A stretch of DNA of 64,000 bases, from contig JBLDXI010000042.1 of assembly GCA_047495785.1 (NCBI GenBank), positions 3,782,001 to 3,846,000 of the forward strand, read 5' to 3'. Below are positions 51,117 to 64,000 of the stretch, piece by piece. The notes under the pieces are model-generated. The model searched no databases and had not been told where the DNA came from. It worked only from the letters and a program-made list of their open reading frames with translations. A program made the translations under genes and the position numbers. The DNA comes from Lepidodermella squamata (taxonomy: Eukaryota > Animalia > Gastrotricha). Every line of letters begins with the position of its first letter. Within the stretch, counting starts at the first letter, position 1.

Positions 51117-53429
51117 ATGAGGTTTTTTCTAGCTGCTCTGGCGATTTCTATACATATCGCGCAATTAACGACTCTGAATCGTAAACTTTTAGCGCATTGG
51201 CCTAGGGCCCCAATGAACTTTTCATGTCTATTTAGAGCAAACGAGGAAACAGAATGGGAGGACAACGTCCAAGCCAGCTGTTTCAAGGCCGTTGCACAGC
51301 AACCAGAATAGAACATCTGGGGGTAGCAAGAGGATGAGCGTCAGTTCTAGAACGGAAGGCTCGGCCTCTCCGTTACCAATGGTCGATGAATCATCGAGCG
51401 CTGAGACTAACGACACGAAGAAACATTTCTTCATGGGAGGTCGAGGAGGAGGCCGATTCGGTGGGAATCGGTTTGGCGGAGGCGGAAGATTTGGAGGTAA
51501 TAGAGGAGGCGGCGGCGGGGGAAACTACGGACCGATCAATATTGCTCAGGTTAAACTTCTCTGAAAATAAATCTTGTCATCTTCTAAATTTTCGGATTTC
51601 AGGCTCAACAAATCAATCAGCAGCTCAATGTTCAGAACGTTCGGCCGATAGTTAATAATGTAGTCAATCGACCTCCTACCCACATTCATAACACTCAGAT
51701 AGTGAAGCCGATCCTTCAGCAACAGCAACAGGTGGTTCAACCGATAAACGTCCATGAACATTTGCATCAACAAGTCGTGCGACCCGGTACAGATTTTAGT
51801 CTAGCCCGTTTGGTCTTTTCCTTCAATTCTATTTCGTTATTTAGTAAACGTTCAGCAAACGCAAGTGGTCAGACCAGTATTGCAACAGCAACAGGTGGTT
51901 CAACCAGTCTATCAGCAGCAAGTAGTTCAGCCTATTGTAAACCAAGTGGTTCAACCACCCCCAGTCATAAATCAACAACAAAGTAAGCTTTCTCAAACTA
52001 GCACGCAGTTTGGACATTTTTTATTTGACAGTTGTAAGGCCGATCAACGTTCAGCCTGTGCAAACAGTTGTGCAGCCAGTAATTCAACCCGTTTATGAGC
52101 AAGTGAGTTGGTCTAATTTGGCTAATGAGCCCTGAAATGAACCTATCACTGTTCCAGGTGGTACAGCAAGTTGTTCAACCAGTGATTCAGGTTTGCTTCT
52201 TCTGATTCTTCCTTATGGCCCTTCATTATCTCAGCATTTCGAATAAAATAGCCTGTTGAAGTTCCAGTAGTTCAACAAGTGCAAGTCCCAGTTCCTTATC
52301 CAGTTTACCAACAAGTCGAGGTCCCTGTTTACCAACAAGTTCAAGTCCCTGTCCCTGTCATTCAACAAGTCCCGGTCGTGCAACAAGTCCCGGTACAAGT
52401 ACCCGTCGCTGTTCCCGTTCCCGTTCCAGTTCCAGTTATTGTCACTGAGCCACCCGTTCAAATCATTCAGCCTGTTGTCCCCGTCATACCGATCCCAAAC
52501 AACTTTCCAGGCATTCCTTGCCGTAAGTCTTGGAAGCTTTAGAAACGATTAACCAGACTATGTCTTTCCACAGCCCCAGGTGTTGCCGAAGGTGACGGCC
52601 CTCCAGGACCTCCAGGTCCACCTGGGCCGCCAGGACCTGATGGCTTTCCGGTAATATTTGCATTGGTAAAATTCTGCGTTATCTCAAGTTCAATTACAGG
52701 GACAAAATGGCAATGATGGAGGAGCAGGCATGTTCGACAATCTTCTGATTTCGGTACTTAATTCTCTTTCTAGGTCCTCCCGGTCCAAATGGCCGACCAG
52801 GTTCTCCTGGGAATCAAGGAGGTGCTGGTCCTCTAGGCCCACCCGGCCCAAATGGTATCAACGGTGGTCCGGGTAATCAAGGAAATCAAGGTATTCAGCT
52901 GATTTATGACTAATATCGAAGATTATTGAATCGATATCTTCCAGGTGCTCCTGGTCCGAACGGCAACGATGGTACCTTGGGTAAGAATTAGATTTGACCA
53001 AGCCAACAAGTACAGATTGCATCGGGCTTCTTATGATTTTCAGGCCCAGGCGGTCCAGCTGGTCCTGCTGGCCCACCGGGTGAGTTGATAACTGCATTCT
53101 GTTTATTATATATAATTTTCTTCGAAAATCATAGGACCACCCGGCCCTCCAGGTCCCCCAGGTAAGATAATAGTGGTATATTCTAACGAATGCGATTACT
53201 CTCATGGGTTTCCAGGTGATCCTGGTGCTAGGCGGAATCAAGGTAGAAAAGACAAAAATCCAAACAACGGCGGAAAGAATGATTCTGGTACAGATTTTGG
53301 TATTAGGAATATTTGTTCATTTAATTTGATGAAACAGGTCCGCCAGGGCCGAAAGGAGGAAAGCAGCGAGGTCCTCCTGCTCCGAATGTTGTGCGCAAGC
53401 CTGAGAGAACCCGGAATGTCGATGGCTGA
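51117..53429 (+). CDS. Secreted short-chain collagen-like protein with Gly/Arg/Phe-rich and Val/Pro/Gln-rich N-terminal regions (many small exons)
   Basis: Signal-like N-terminus; GGRFGG repeats; VVQP and VPVPVP repeats; Gly-X-Y exons (GPPGPPGPPGPDGFP, GPNGRPGSPGNQG) from ~52600; TGA at 53427-53429. Confidence 0.75.
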
Positions 53430-53731
53430 AAGCCACCTAAAAAAAGCGAAATTTTCAATATTTGTGATTTCGGCTAAATAACAACACTTTCAGATGAAAG
53501 AAAATAAAATACATTTTATTCCGCTTAAATTGATTCTACTCGCAATTTCATCTCGTCGAGTGAACGTCAACGAATGATTACAATCTGGATTGGATTAATG
53601 TCAAGTCAGTGTTCTCACTATTGCTTAACGTTAACGCCATTAAAGCGAAAAGATTGTTGTTCTATATCAATATTCTCAAAGTATCTCAAAGCCTTTGGCT
53701 TTTCCAGATGAGACAAAGGAGGTTTCCGATC

Positions 53732-56447
53732 TCAAATTAGCTTAGCTTCGCAGATGTACCAAACCTTATAGACACATTGAATTACCGTCCACCAGCCTGG
53801 GTAGAAAGGCGTTGAAAATTGCTGAATGGAGACCGAATCCTGCTTTAAGGACTTACCTTCTCCGCCAGCATTCAAAACCCCACAAAACGTTGAAGAAGTA
53901 GATGAACCAGGATACCCAGAGGCCCACACTCCAACGTTAGCGTACGGTTCGCCGCTAACCCATGCCCAGTTATTGATAGTCGTATTCCAATACAGTCCAA
54001 TTCTATAATCATTCATGCGATACCATTGGTCTAAAATAACATCGATGAATAACTCCTTAAAACTTCACACCGTTACTTACGACCAAGGCGTTGAGTGATT
54101 CCCATTAGGAATAAGTGTTCGTCCTTGCTCGTTATGCTGGCCAGATACCAGCCGTTTTGAGCGCACACAGCTTGGGCTTCGTCGTGATTCGCTGGTACCT
54201 TGTACAGCTTGTAGCAGCTACCGCGGTAATAATACGGGCACCCTATGAAAACGTTACTGTTCAGTAATCACGGTGTGTCCTTAAGCCCTTACAATCATTC
54301 ATGTCAAACTGGCAAAGCGCATTGGCCCTTTGCGCGATATTCTCAACCGTCCAATGATATGAGTCTGGCTGAGAACTGGTCTGTGTTATTGCGGAGTAGG
54401 AATCGTGAGGCGAGTCGTAAATTTGGTTTGCGGCCCAGTCAGACTCAGCTGTTAAGGGGACAGAAATAACGGCATGGTCAGAGAAATGTCATAGGCCTCA
54501 TACGGCACATCGGAACATCGCACGCTTCCGCAGCCCCGGTGTCCTGGCGGTAGCACCATGGCTGATTCATGACTGTACTGTCCGGGCTTCGACAATAGCC
54601 CATCGTTGTCAGCCAATCTGGGAAGTTGCGCCAATTACCCGTGTAGGCTGTAGTACTCCATGGTTTACACGAAGCTCCACTGGTTGTTTTGTCAAGTGAG
54701 CCCATGTACTCGCGGCCCAAAGGAGTGAAACGGCATGATTTTGGGTAAGACTGGGTGATTGCTGGGTGAATAGTTAATAAAAATTAGAGCGACAGTCTAA
54801 ATTTTTTCCACGGGAATGAGCTTACGAAATTCGCATATAGCTCCCCCGCCAGACCAGGTATAGCAATTCACGTCATTCATTGGGCAATAACTTCCTTGTT
54901 CATTTTGAACACCGCTCCATGAGCAGGCGCAATGCTCAGTGCCTCCTGAAGGCGAGCTGTTGATCATACATGAATACTATGCTATTTAATCGGAGGAATC
55001 AATTCAACGTTCATACCTGCTTTCCCATAAGAATCGTTTGTATAGAGGATTTTCAAGTGGCACGCGGTCATCCCAGGTAGTGTAATTGCCATTATGACCT
55101 TCGTCAGTGTAATCAACAAAAACAAATTGATAAGCGGCGTACGTGTAGCTAAACTTTCTGAGCCCATCGACTGGCTTAATGAGTTTCCCGCCCATGTTTC
55201 TGCACCACTGCATTTGGGAGACGAAATTGTTTGCAGAGCGAATTCTCACTAAGCAATTATCTCGATATCGGACACCGTAAGGACACCAACCTTCGCTTAT
55301 GTCTTTGATGTCCCATGTGACGCAATTTGTGCTGCATGAAACTTTGTCGGGTGACCCAATCCGGTGCACCCAACATGTGTTACCTGCTGCTTTACTAGGG
55401 AACCACGCTCCGTGGACACCATTAAGGTAGTTGCGGGTGATCTTACGGCACTCCAACTCGGTTTTCACCCACGGAAATCCGATGACATCCAGCCCACCTT
55501 TGTCGAGATTGACGTGGGTGGTCATCGGCCGTCCAGAGTGAACTTTGTCAAACGACCAAATGTTATCACTCCGAGAAGAATTGTTGCTCACTTCGCACAT
55601 TTTGTACTTCAACCAGCAGTTGCTTGTCGGGTAGACAAAGACAAAACCCACGCAACGATCGCGATAGGTACGATCACACTTCTGCGCGCACTCGCTAGTC
55701 GTCACGCCTGGAAAGTTGGTTATATCATTGCCGGGACAATTGCCACGGTAAACACGGTAGCCAGGTATCTCTGTAAAAGCATACTTTAAGCTTATCGATG
55801 TTGTTTGTTGTGGGGTTTAGACTTACCATCAATCGGCCTTGGCCAAAGCATACTGTCAAACAATGCGTAGCCATTCCACCACTTTGTCACATTGGAATAT
55901 TTCGTTGACAAAATCTTACATGGAAAAGTTATGTTTTGTTTGGTGACACTTGCATCTTAGTGGTTACCTGGTAAAGATTGTCCCTCTGCTGAGGAGACTG
56001 GAACGTTACCATTTCGGACATGTGGCGCTCCTCGCAGATTTGCCAGGCATCAGGGCGCAACCGCGAGAAAGGGTCCATGTAATAGCACTTGTTGCTGATA
56101 GGATCAGCCTCCCAGCCGGCTGGACAGAACTTTTTCTTGAAATACATCGCATACCCGCGCCCGGTGGGGTCAACGTCGAGCTTGGGAAGCGGCAGGGCAA
56201 GATCTTCATGGCTATAAAGTAAGCAACTTCTATATTCCTGGCTGAATGCAACGCTGGAACAGCCCTTCAGCAGGCAGTAGGTGAAGCACTCCCCTGATGC
56301 TGAAGCTGGGAATTCATATATAGGATCCAAGTTGACTGGTAAACGGTTATTGAGTTCCGGATATGTCAACCAAACCTGCTCAGTTTCAAGGCCAAAGGCC
56401 AATAGAAGATGAGCACAAAATAATGCAATCAATCGATTATCCACCAT
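53732..56447 (-). CDS. Secreted PAN/apple + C-type lectin + kringle multidomain protein, copy 1
   Basis: Signal peptide; CFTYCLLKGCSSVAF (PAN); CPAGW...KCYY (CTL); CAQKCD..CVGFVF..CWLK (PAN); kringle YMGSLDKTTSGASCKPW...YCRSPD..PWCY..CDVPMC; terminal CTL ending YICEAK. Confidence 0.85.
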
Positions 56448-57729
56448 TGCAAATATGTTTTCGAGTCAACTGCTTCGAACGTCTTCCGGCAAAAGCCATT
56501 CATGTCATTAATGATTCAGCTCATCTTCACGCAGCAGAGTAATATTTGCGTTGGTGGCTTGACGCGTGTCGGCAAATTTCGCACTTTTATTTATTAAGGC
56601 GTTACAGACCGATTGCCCTTGGCGTACAATTAATTTTTCATTGCATAGGGTAGGAACTAGAAACATTTTTGTCCGGGCATATAGACGCTAAGTTATTGGA
56701 GAAGCAAAGTGTTCAGCAATATTCAAGTGTAACAAATAGGGCGAAAACACGCACTATTATAAGTTAGAATGGATGTTTTTCCCTCTCCATCTGAGGCTTT
56801 TGATGGTAAAATATGTATCCGATTAGGGGTACCTAATCAAAGCTGACGGATTGAGTGGCGCCGGTCATTTCGACCGATATGGTGTACGGGTGTAAGGTGT
56901 ACCCATGCGCATTTCTTCAAATAATTGCGTTTTCATCTAATGATCCCGGGGCTAATAAAAATACCTTCACATTTTCCCGTGCAAGTTTACCAATTCGCGG
57001 AATAAACTTGTGTGTTCAGGGCTGCTAAATCCTCTTGTCGACCCGCATTTTTGTAGTTACCACATCAAAATGCAAGGTTACCACGGATTAGATCAGAAAA
57101 CATGTTCTCACGTGGAACTGGTGTTTCCAACGCGTCGGCCGCTACAATGTCGTAATACTCAACATTTACCGCCAATTTGTATCCTCTCCTGACTTCCTCT
57201 ACCAAACCACAAAGTGTAGTTTAGCAAACTTTGCTTAAAGCGAACTTTGCATCGTATTGGCTCTTTACGACAAAGTGCACTGCATTCAGCCTGGAATATT
57301 CTTATCGAGCGTAGAATACCGAGTAACCATGGAGCGTGGCTGAGTTTGAGGGTAACAGCAATCGTTATAATCTCGCGGTGCGCTGTATTCACCTTGCCTC
57401 GTGGCGATTTTGCGACTTTTTTGTGGCGATCGATAATAACTTCCAGAATGAACTTATAATAACTCCTAACTCCTAGAATGAACTCAAACTGCAAAGAACC
57501 ATAGCGCAGCCGCTTTTTAGCGAAGCGGAAAAAATCGCAAAATAGAGCAGAAAAATTCTGCGCCAAAGAATGAAGACTGTTCGGGCCAATATTTTTCCTT
57601 TCTTAGTGGAACCAGTGAATCCACAATTTCCTGATTGGCCGGGTGGTTTGAAGTCTGTGATGTTTTGCGTCGTCTCCGGCTTATACTGGTAGGAATGATG
57701 CCTGCAGCCCACGATGACTTTACAACGCA

Positions 57730-57801
57730 GGCCCGTTGGTCTAGGGGTATGATTCTCGCTTCGGGTGCGAGAGGTCTCGGGTTCAATTCCCGAACGGGCC
57801 C
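57730..57801 (+). tRNA. tRNA-Pro (anticodon CGG)
   Basis: GGCCCGT/ACGGGCC acceptor stem, CTCGC-TTCGGGT-GCGAG anticodon arm, GGTTCAATTCC T-arm; 72 nt; downstream T-run consistent with a Pol III terminator. Confidence 0.95.
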
Positions 57802-58345
57802 ACTTGTTTTTTATATTCTTATATTATATTCTCATATTATAGCCCCGCGGCGGCCCGGGTTTTCCCGATCAGGGAAAAAGTTTTACTGTGAAATTGGGGT
57901 TTTGCTGAAATTCAAGATCACTGCGTCTCGCAAAAAGTCGAGAAAAGCTCAGGGTGGATCGAACCTTCTATTGTCTGCCTACTAGGAAGACCCTCTATCA
58001 CTGAGCCGCTTGGTTTAGATGCTACGGTAAAAAGTGGCTGCGCTATGGCAAATTCAACAATACCTTGATAAATTCAAGGCTTATAAATTCGTCTTCTACC
58101 GTAGCATTTCGATTAGTTTGGCGTTCAAACTTTCGTAAATACCTAGCAGTTTACACGACATTAACTCTTGTTCCCAAGATTCGCGCCTTCAGCTTCTCTT
58201 CTACCTTATCTCGATAGCTAACTAGGCCACATTGTGACGCCAAAATTGCGTCTCAAGAAAAAGCTGATAATCATAACATGTCGTTCTTGCAGCAAACCCG
58301 GCTCATTTTTCGCCTACTTCCATCCTAGAATACAAAAATGTAGCC

Positions 58346-58844
58346 CGAGGGGTTTTTTTTATTCGCAACACTTCGAACAGTATATACTGTATTTAGTGTA
58401 TTGTCGTTAGCACTTTCTACAAAAAATGCAATAATATTCTACGCGTTCGTAAATTCGCTATATTTTATACAGTATTAAGTGAATTTTTACAGCATTTGAT
58501 TTTTGAATCTGAACAAAATACAGAACTTGTAAGCCTTTCGCAAATGTGACTTTGTTTATTAGGCGAAAACGATGTGGAGGGTTCGACTCCTCGTGGGGTC
58601 AAGCCATTTTTTGGTTTTAATTTTTGCCCCGGCACTTTTTATGCGCACAAACAGCCCCATTTTCTACACTTTGCACACTTTTTCTCGCTGTATTATTTGT
58701 AGGAAAAATAGGGCTGTATTTTCTGTATTTTTTATTTGAATCTGTAGAAATTGCAGGAGAAATACTGTATTTCTGTAGCGAATTTTCGAATGCAAAAAAC
58801 TGTAGCAGTAGCTGTATTTTTTGTTGCGAATAAAAAACCCTCTG
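58346..58844. mobile_element. MITE-like element (~500 bp) with TIRs, containing a tRNA B-box-like segment
   Basis: gagggg(t)8attcgcaaca ... tgttgcgaat(a)6ccctc; internal ctgtattt/aaatacag repeats; GGTTCGACTCC near 58580; no clear TSD. Confidence 0.6.
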
Positions 58845-59015
58845 TAAGACCTGTTTAGGATTGTAGGATTTAGGATTCTATCTTGCGTGGTTTGTGGCCA
58901 GGCAAGTGATGAGCGAGAGGGATAGCATGAGCGCACAGCATTCGCTTGACGCTAGTCTCACTAGTAAATGATCCCAGGGGCGACTACCAACAAGAAGACG
59001 TATCTCAAGGCGCAG

Positions 59016-59351
59016 TCAAACGCTTGAGAAAGGCTTGAGAAGTTGCCATCTCTTTGAGCAGTAATGGTCGTCCAGTCCAGTCCAGAATCGTCTAGTCTGG
59101 ATGGGAACACTTTTCCTCGCATCGCTTGCCGAACCACTTCTTCCCATTGTAACCATGTGGAAAAAACACGTCACGTGTATGCAAGCGAGGACGAAAACTG
59201 CGATGATTGCGGCGGTTATGTCTGAGGCGCCATCAGCCATGACGGCTTTGAGGCAGTAGTCGGGCTTCCATTTCTTCAGTGATCGAAACAGATTTTCGTA
59301 CATACTTTCCTTTCCACGAGAACCGAATACTGTTGTACGCACAAGAAGCAA
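59016..59351 (-). pseudogene. Mutator-like (MULE) transposase fragment
   Basis: ESMYENLFRSLK...VMADGASDITAAIIAVF....HVTCFFH matches the MULE D...CxxH core; short and truncated. Confidence 0.7.
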
Positions 59352-59839
59352 AGTTTTACCGAATTACCGCGGTACAAATATTTTTGCGTTGTACGGAAAA
59401 AAGATACAGCCTATCTGGAACCTGTGGAAGTTATTGATTGTGATTAGATAATTTTTCAAGATAATGAGCGATCGAAAATCACTGGATCTGTTCACTTTTT
59501 CAACCACTCGAGCTGTCCTCTTCTGGGCGTTATTACCCCTCAAATAAAAGAATGATAAATCCCACATCGTGCATAATGTGCTGCGCGAGTATTTTTCAAA
59601 ATTGGGCTAGGAACTTCGGCGCGCCCCAAAACAAGCCGAGTTGTATTACCGACGTTTCAAGTCAATATAGTACATGATAAAAGAGTTATTCCTTAGGTAT
59701 AAGATGATTCTACGCGCTACAATTTACGTCAACGAATGAATTCAAATTCTGGACCAGCCAATTTTGCAACAAATCAAGCTTCGTAATTCAAAATTGAAAT
59801 AATCGGTTATTCATGATGAGAATGTCGTGAATTCCCAAG

Positions 59840-62800
59840 TCAAAACAGCTTGGCTTCGCAGATATACCAAACTTTGAAGACACATTGTATAACCCTCCAC
59901 CAGCCTAGTTTGCAAATAGCTGAAACTTGCTCAATCATATAAAGCTGCTCTCACCTTCTCCGCCAGCATTCAAAACCCCACAAAAGGTTGAAGAAGTAGA
60001 TGAACCGGGCTGTCCAGAGGCCCACGCGCCAACATTAGCATACGGTTCTCCGCTAACCCATGCCCAATTGTTGATGGTCGTATTCCAATACAGTCCGACT
60101 CTATAATCATTCATGCGATACCATTGGTCTAAAATAAAATTGATTCAAAGCTATTACGAACTCCACATTGTTTCTCAAAACTTACGACCAAGTCTTTGAG
60201 TAATTCCCATTAGGAATAAGTGTTCGTCTTTGCTCGTTATGCTGGCCAGATACCAGCCATTTTGAGCGCACACAGCTTGGGCTTCGTCATGATTTGCTGG
60301 TGCCTTGTAAAGCTTGTAGCAGCTACCGCGGTAATAATACGGGCACCCTATAAAAAAAGTAACTCAGCTCACCCCATCGCGTGAACTCAAATCTAACAGT
60401 CATTCATGTCAAGCTGGCAAATAGCATTTGCCGTTTGCGCGATATTCTCAACCGTCCAATGGTAGGAATCTGGCTGAGAATCGGTCTGGGTGATGGCGGA
60501 GTAGGAATCGTGGGGCGAGTCGTAAATCTGGTTTGCTGCCCAATCCGACTCAGCTGGAAAAGGAACAGAAATAACGGCACGGTCAGAGAAATGTCATAGG
60601 CCTCATACGGCACATTGGAACATCGCACGCCTCCGCAGCCCCGGTGTCCTGGCGGTAGCACCATGGCTGATTCATGACTGTACTGTCCGGGCTTCGACAA
60701 TAGCCCATCGTTGTCAGCCAATCTGGGAAGTTTCGCCAGTTACCCGCGTAAGCTGTATCACTCCATTGTTTGCATGAAGCTCCACTGGTTGTTTTGTCGA
60801 GAGTGCCCATGTACTCTCGGCCCCAAGGGGTGAATCGACACGATTTTGGGTATGATTGGGTGATAGCTGCAAAAATTAAGAATTAAGATAGCTGGTGAGC
60901 TTAGGAGAAATCGCTCACGAAATTCGCATACAGCTGCTGCGCCAATCCAGTTGAAGCAGCGTATGTCATTCATTGGGCTATAACTTCCTTGTTCATTTTG
61001 AACACCGCTCCACGAGCAGGCGCAATGTTCGGAGCCACCTGACGGCGAGCTAATGAATCAAATCAAATAATGAATAGCGGGAGTGGTTTTGTTCAGTATA
61101 TTAGTTGTTCAGTTGGTCAACTTTTTCACCAAAAATTACAAGAAGCGTTTTCGTCACCAATTTCTCAAATTGTATCTCAATCTAACGAGGATTTTCGGAA
61201 AATTTACAACACACTAGATCTATCGACTGGTGTAACCCGCTCTAAAAAATTCCTCATTGTTATGATGTTATTAAAAATGCGAGGCAAAAAACTTATCATC
61301 CGTACTTTATATTATGACGCCGCGGTTGTCAAAGCTCCCGCTATTTGCCTCGGTAAAATGAGCAAAAAGATGCACTAAATATCGCACTCTTATCTCATAT
61401 ATAGCAAAAAAATTGCCGGCTAAGCCCGTCCAACACTCCTATCACTGTGATTTTCTTCGAGCCATGGCACCCTGTAGTGACTCTCATGAACTGAAAGTCT
61501 ACTATAAAAAACCAAAAAACGTAATAGCTTTGTCATACCCGCTAGACCATTGGAATCGCTTGTAGAGCGGATTTTCAAGCGACACTCTGTCATCCCAAGT
61601 TGTGTAATTACCAACATGTCCTTCTTCGGTGTAGTCGACGAAAACAGATTGATAAGTTGCGTACGTGTAGCTAAACTTTCTGAGCCCATCGACTGGCCGA
61701 ATGAGTTTCCCGCCCATGTTCCTGCACCACTGCATTTGCGAGAAGAAATCGGTTGTTGTGCGAATTCTCACTAGGCAATAATCCCGATATCGGACACCGT
61801 AAGGACACCAACCTTCGCTGATGTCTTTAATGTCCCACGTCACACAATTTGTGCATGCAACTTTAGCTGGTGACCCAATACGATGAACCCAACAAGTGTT
61901 ACCCGCCATTAAACCAGGATACCACGCTCCGTGGACACCATGAGGGAAAGTACGGGTGAGCTTGCGACATTCTTGTTCAGTCTTCACCCAGGGAAATCCA
62001 ATGACATCCAGCCCGCCCTTGTCCAGATTGATGTGCGTGGTCATCGGCCGTCCAGCGTGAACTTTGTCAAACGACCAAATGTTATCACTCCGTGAAGAAT
62101 TGTTGCTCACTTCGCACATTTTATACTTCAGCCAGCAGGTGCCTGTCGGGTAGACGAAGACGAAACCAACACAACGCTCGCGATAGGTGCGATCACACTT
62201 CTGCGCGCATTTCATAGGCGTCGAGCCATCAAAGTTGGCTATATCATTGCCGGGGCAATTGCCACGGTAAACTCGGTAGCCGGGCACTTCTGCAAAACCA
62301 GATTTACGCTTATCGATATTGTTTGTTGTTGAGTTTAGACCTACCGTCAATCGGCCTTGGCCACAGCATACTGTCAAACAGTGCGTACCCATTCCACCAC
62401 TTAGTCACATTGGAATATTTCGACGACAAAATCTTATAGGGGATAGAGTTATTTCTACGCGTGATACATGCTTCTGGCGCAATTGTTACCTGGTAAAGAA
62501 TGTCCCTCTGCTGAGGTGACTGGAACGTCACCATTTCGGACATGTGGCGCTCCTCGCAGATTTGCCACGCATCAGGGCGTAATCGCGAGACAGTATCCAT
62601 GTAATAGCACTTGTTGCTGATAGGATCAGCCTCCCAACCGGTTGGACAGAACTTTTTCTTGAAGTACATCGTATACCCACGCCCGGTTGGGTCAACGTCG
62701 GTCTCGGGGAGTGGTAGAGCAAGATCTTCATGGCTATATAGCAGGCAACTGCTATACGCTTGGCTGAATGCGACGCTGGAACACCGTTTAATCAGGCAGT

Positions 62801-62969
62801 AGGTGAAGCATTCGCCGGAGACTGAAGCCGGAAATTCATAACTCGGTTTCAGGCTTACAGGTAAACGGTTGTTGAGTTCCGGATATGTCTGCCAGATCTG
62901 CTCAGTTTCGAGGCTGATGGCCAGCGAAAAACAGACACACAGTGATACGAGTAAGCGGTTGTCAAACAT
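59840..62969 (-). CDS. Secreted PAN/apple + C-type lectin + kringle multidomain protein, copy 2
   Basis: Close paralog of 53732-56447 with the same domains and intron positions; one intron (~61050-61538) is expanded to ~490 nt. Confidence 0.85.
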
Positions 62970-64000
62970 GGCCAATAATAATTTTTGAATTATCTGCTTT
63001 TTAATAACAGAAATTTATACTTCTTTCGGGAAAAGTCACTAGCGCCATTAATGATTCAGCTTTTCACGCCAGCCAGATGATAACTTGTTTTTAACCGTCG
63101 ACTTTGTTGCGATGGAAGCTTATACGGGAAAAGCGCTGTTTGAATTGCACGCGATTAATAATTAAGGCGCGGCATTATACGCACCCGAGGTCTGAGTATG
63201 CATTTTTTATGGTGTACGGTATGTTACCTTCTCGTGCGGAATCGATACAAGTCAATTTTCAGAAAAAAACCCAAAGTGTTCAACCATAATTTATTCTTTT
63301 CGTAAATTAGTTTTCCAACAAATTTCGACGGCAGATTTTTGTATTTATGAAGCTAACAGACAGTTCTGAAATGAAATCATCGCATTCGCATTTTTTCCGA
63401 GAGTATAAAAAAGGGTGGATAAATAGTTGATTTATTCAAGTTGTTGTATAATACTGCACATTAATTGTCTCGAAAAAAATTGTTTAATTTGTTTAAAGTT
63501 GATGTTACATAATTTAGAATTGAATAAAATTGCGCGCTAAAAATGACAGTACATAACAGACGGTAGGTAGTTGTTGATAAGTGATATGAGGCCGTTGATG
63601 CACATAAATAGCAATGAATTGTTGACGTTATTGATGATGACAAAGATGAAAGACAGGTGATGATGTAATAAGAACGACGACTGCTGAAGCCGGCCATCTG
63701 CCGACGGCCGAACGCGGTGGTTGAGCGCCGAGGAAGCAGCTCGGCTGCACGCCGTCGAATCGACGCGAACACTCGATGACGTCGCAGAGGTACCTGGAAA
63801 TCGATGCATTATTAATGATTCAGTTCGAGTCATTCAAGTGTGTAACAACAGAATAAGAAAAGGCCGTATTGACAAGCTTTGAACAATAGAGCAGAAAGTT
63901 GTGTTTTCTTTTTTCAGGCTTATGGTGGGGACATTATAAATCGATTAAGATCATTAATTCCTAGATGACTAATATTTCTAACTTACTTTTTCAAATTATA

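Noticed and set aside
57159-57985. ORFs around and overlapping the tRNA-Pro gene
   Set aside because: No domain signal, and several overlap a canonical tRNA.
58560-58612. Second tRNA gene
   Set aside because: Only a B-box/T-arm-like part is present; no acceptor, D or anticodon stems could be formed.
63461-63833. GC-rich patch with two short minus-strand ORFs
   Set aside because: No recognisable product or boundaries within the window; possibly a repeat fragment.

Overview
Gene-dense invertebrate (metazoan) genomic DNA with mostly short (~45-60 nt) GT-AG introns; the species cannot be determined from sequence alone. Contents in order: a decayed LINE retrotransposon (1-~3964); three tandem minus-strand genes whose reconstructed splicing fuses a signal peptide, an L-type (ConA-fold) lectin-like domain and a Thr-rich stalk onto a complete Cys-loop pentameric ligand-gated ion channel (pLGIC) subunit; an UNC-93/MFSD11-like transporter; an orphan secreted furin-type precursor; four tandem secreted double-stefin genes; a Ly6/uPAR gene head-to-head with a fourth, lectin-less pLGIC; a large PAN/F5-8/LamG/F-type-lectin gene interrupted by a TTAA piggyBac-like insertion; a divergent nuclear receptor; a Ly6-like array (two genes and a pseudogene); a VPV-rich short collagen; two tandem PAN/C-type lectin/kringle genes; tRNA-Pro(CGG); and several non-autonomous DNA transposons. 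The strongest candidate for an undescribed system is the lectin-stalk-pLGIC fusion family. All exon models were built by hand from splice signals and reading frame, and domain calls come from motif recognition, not database searches.
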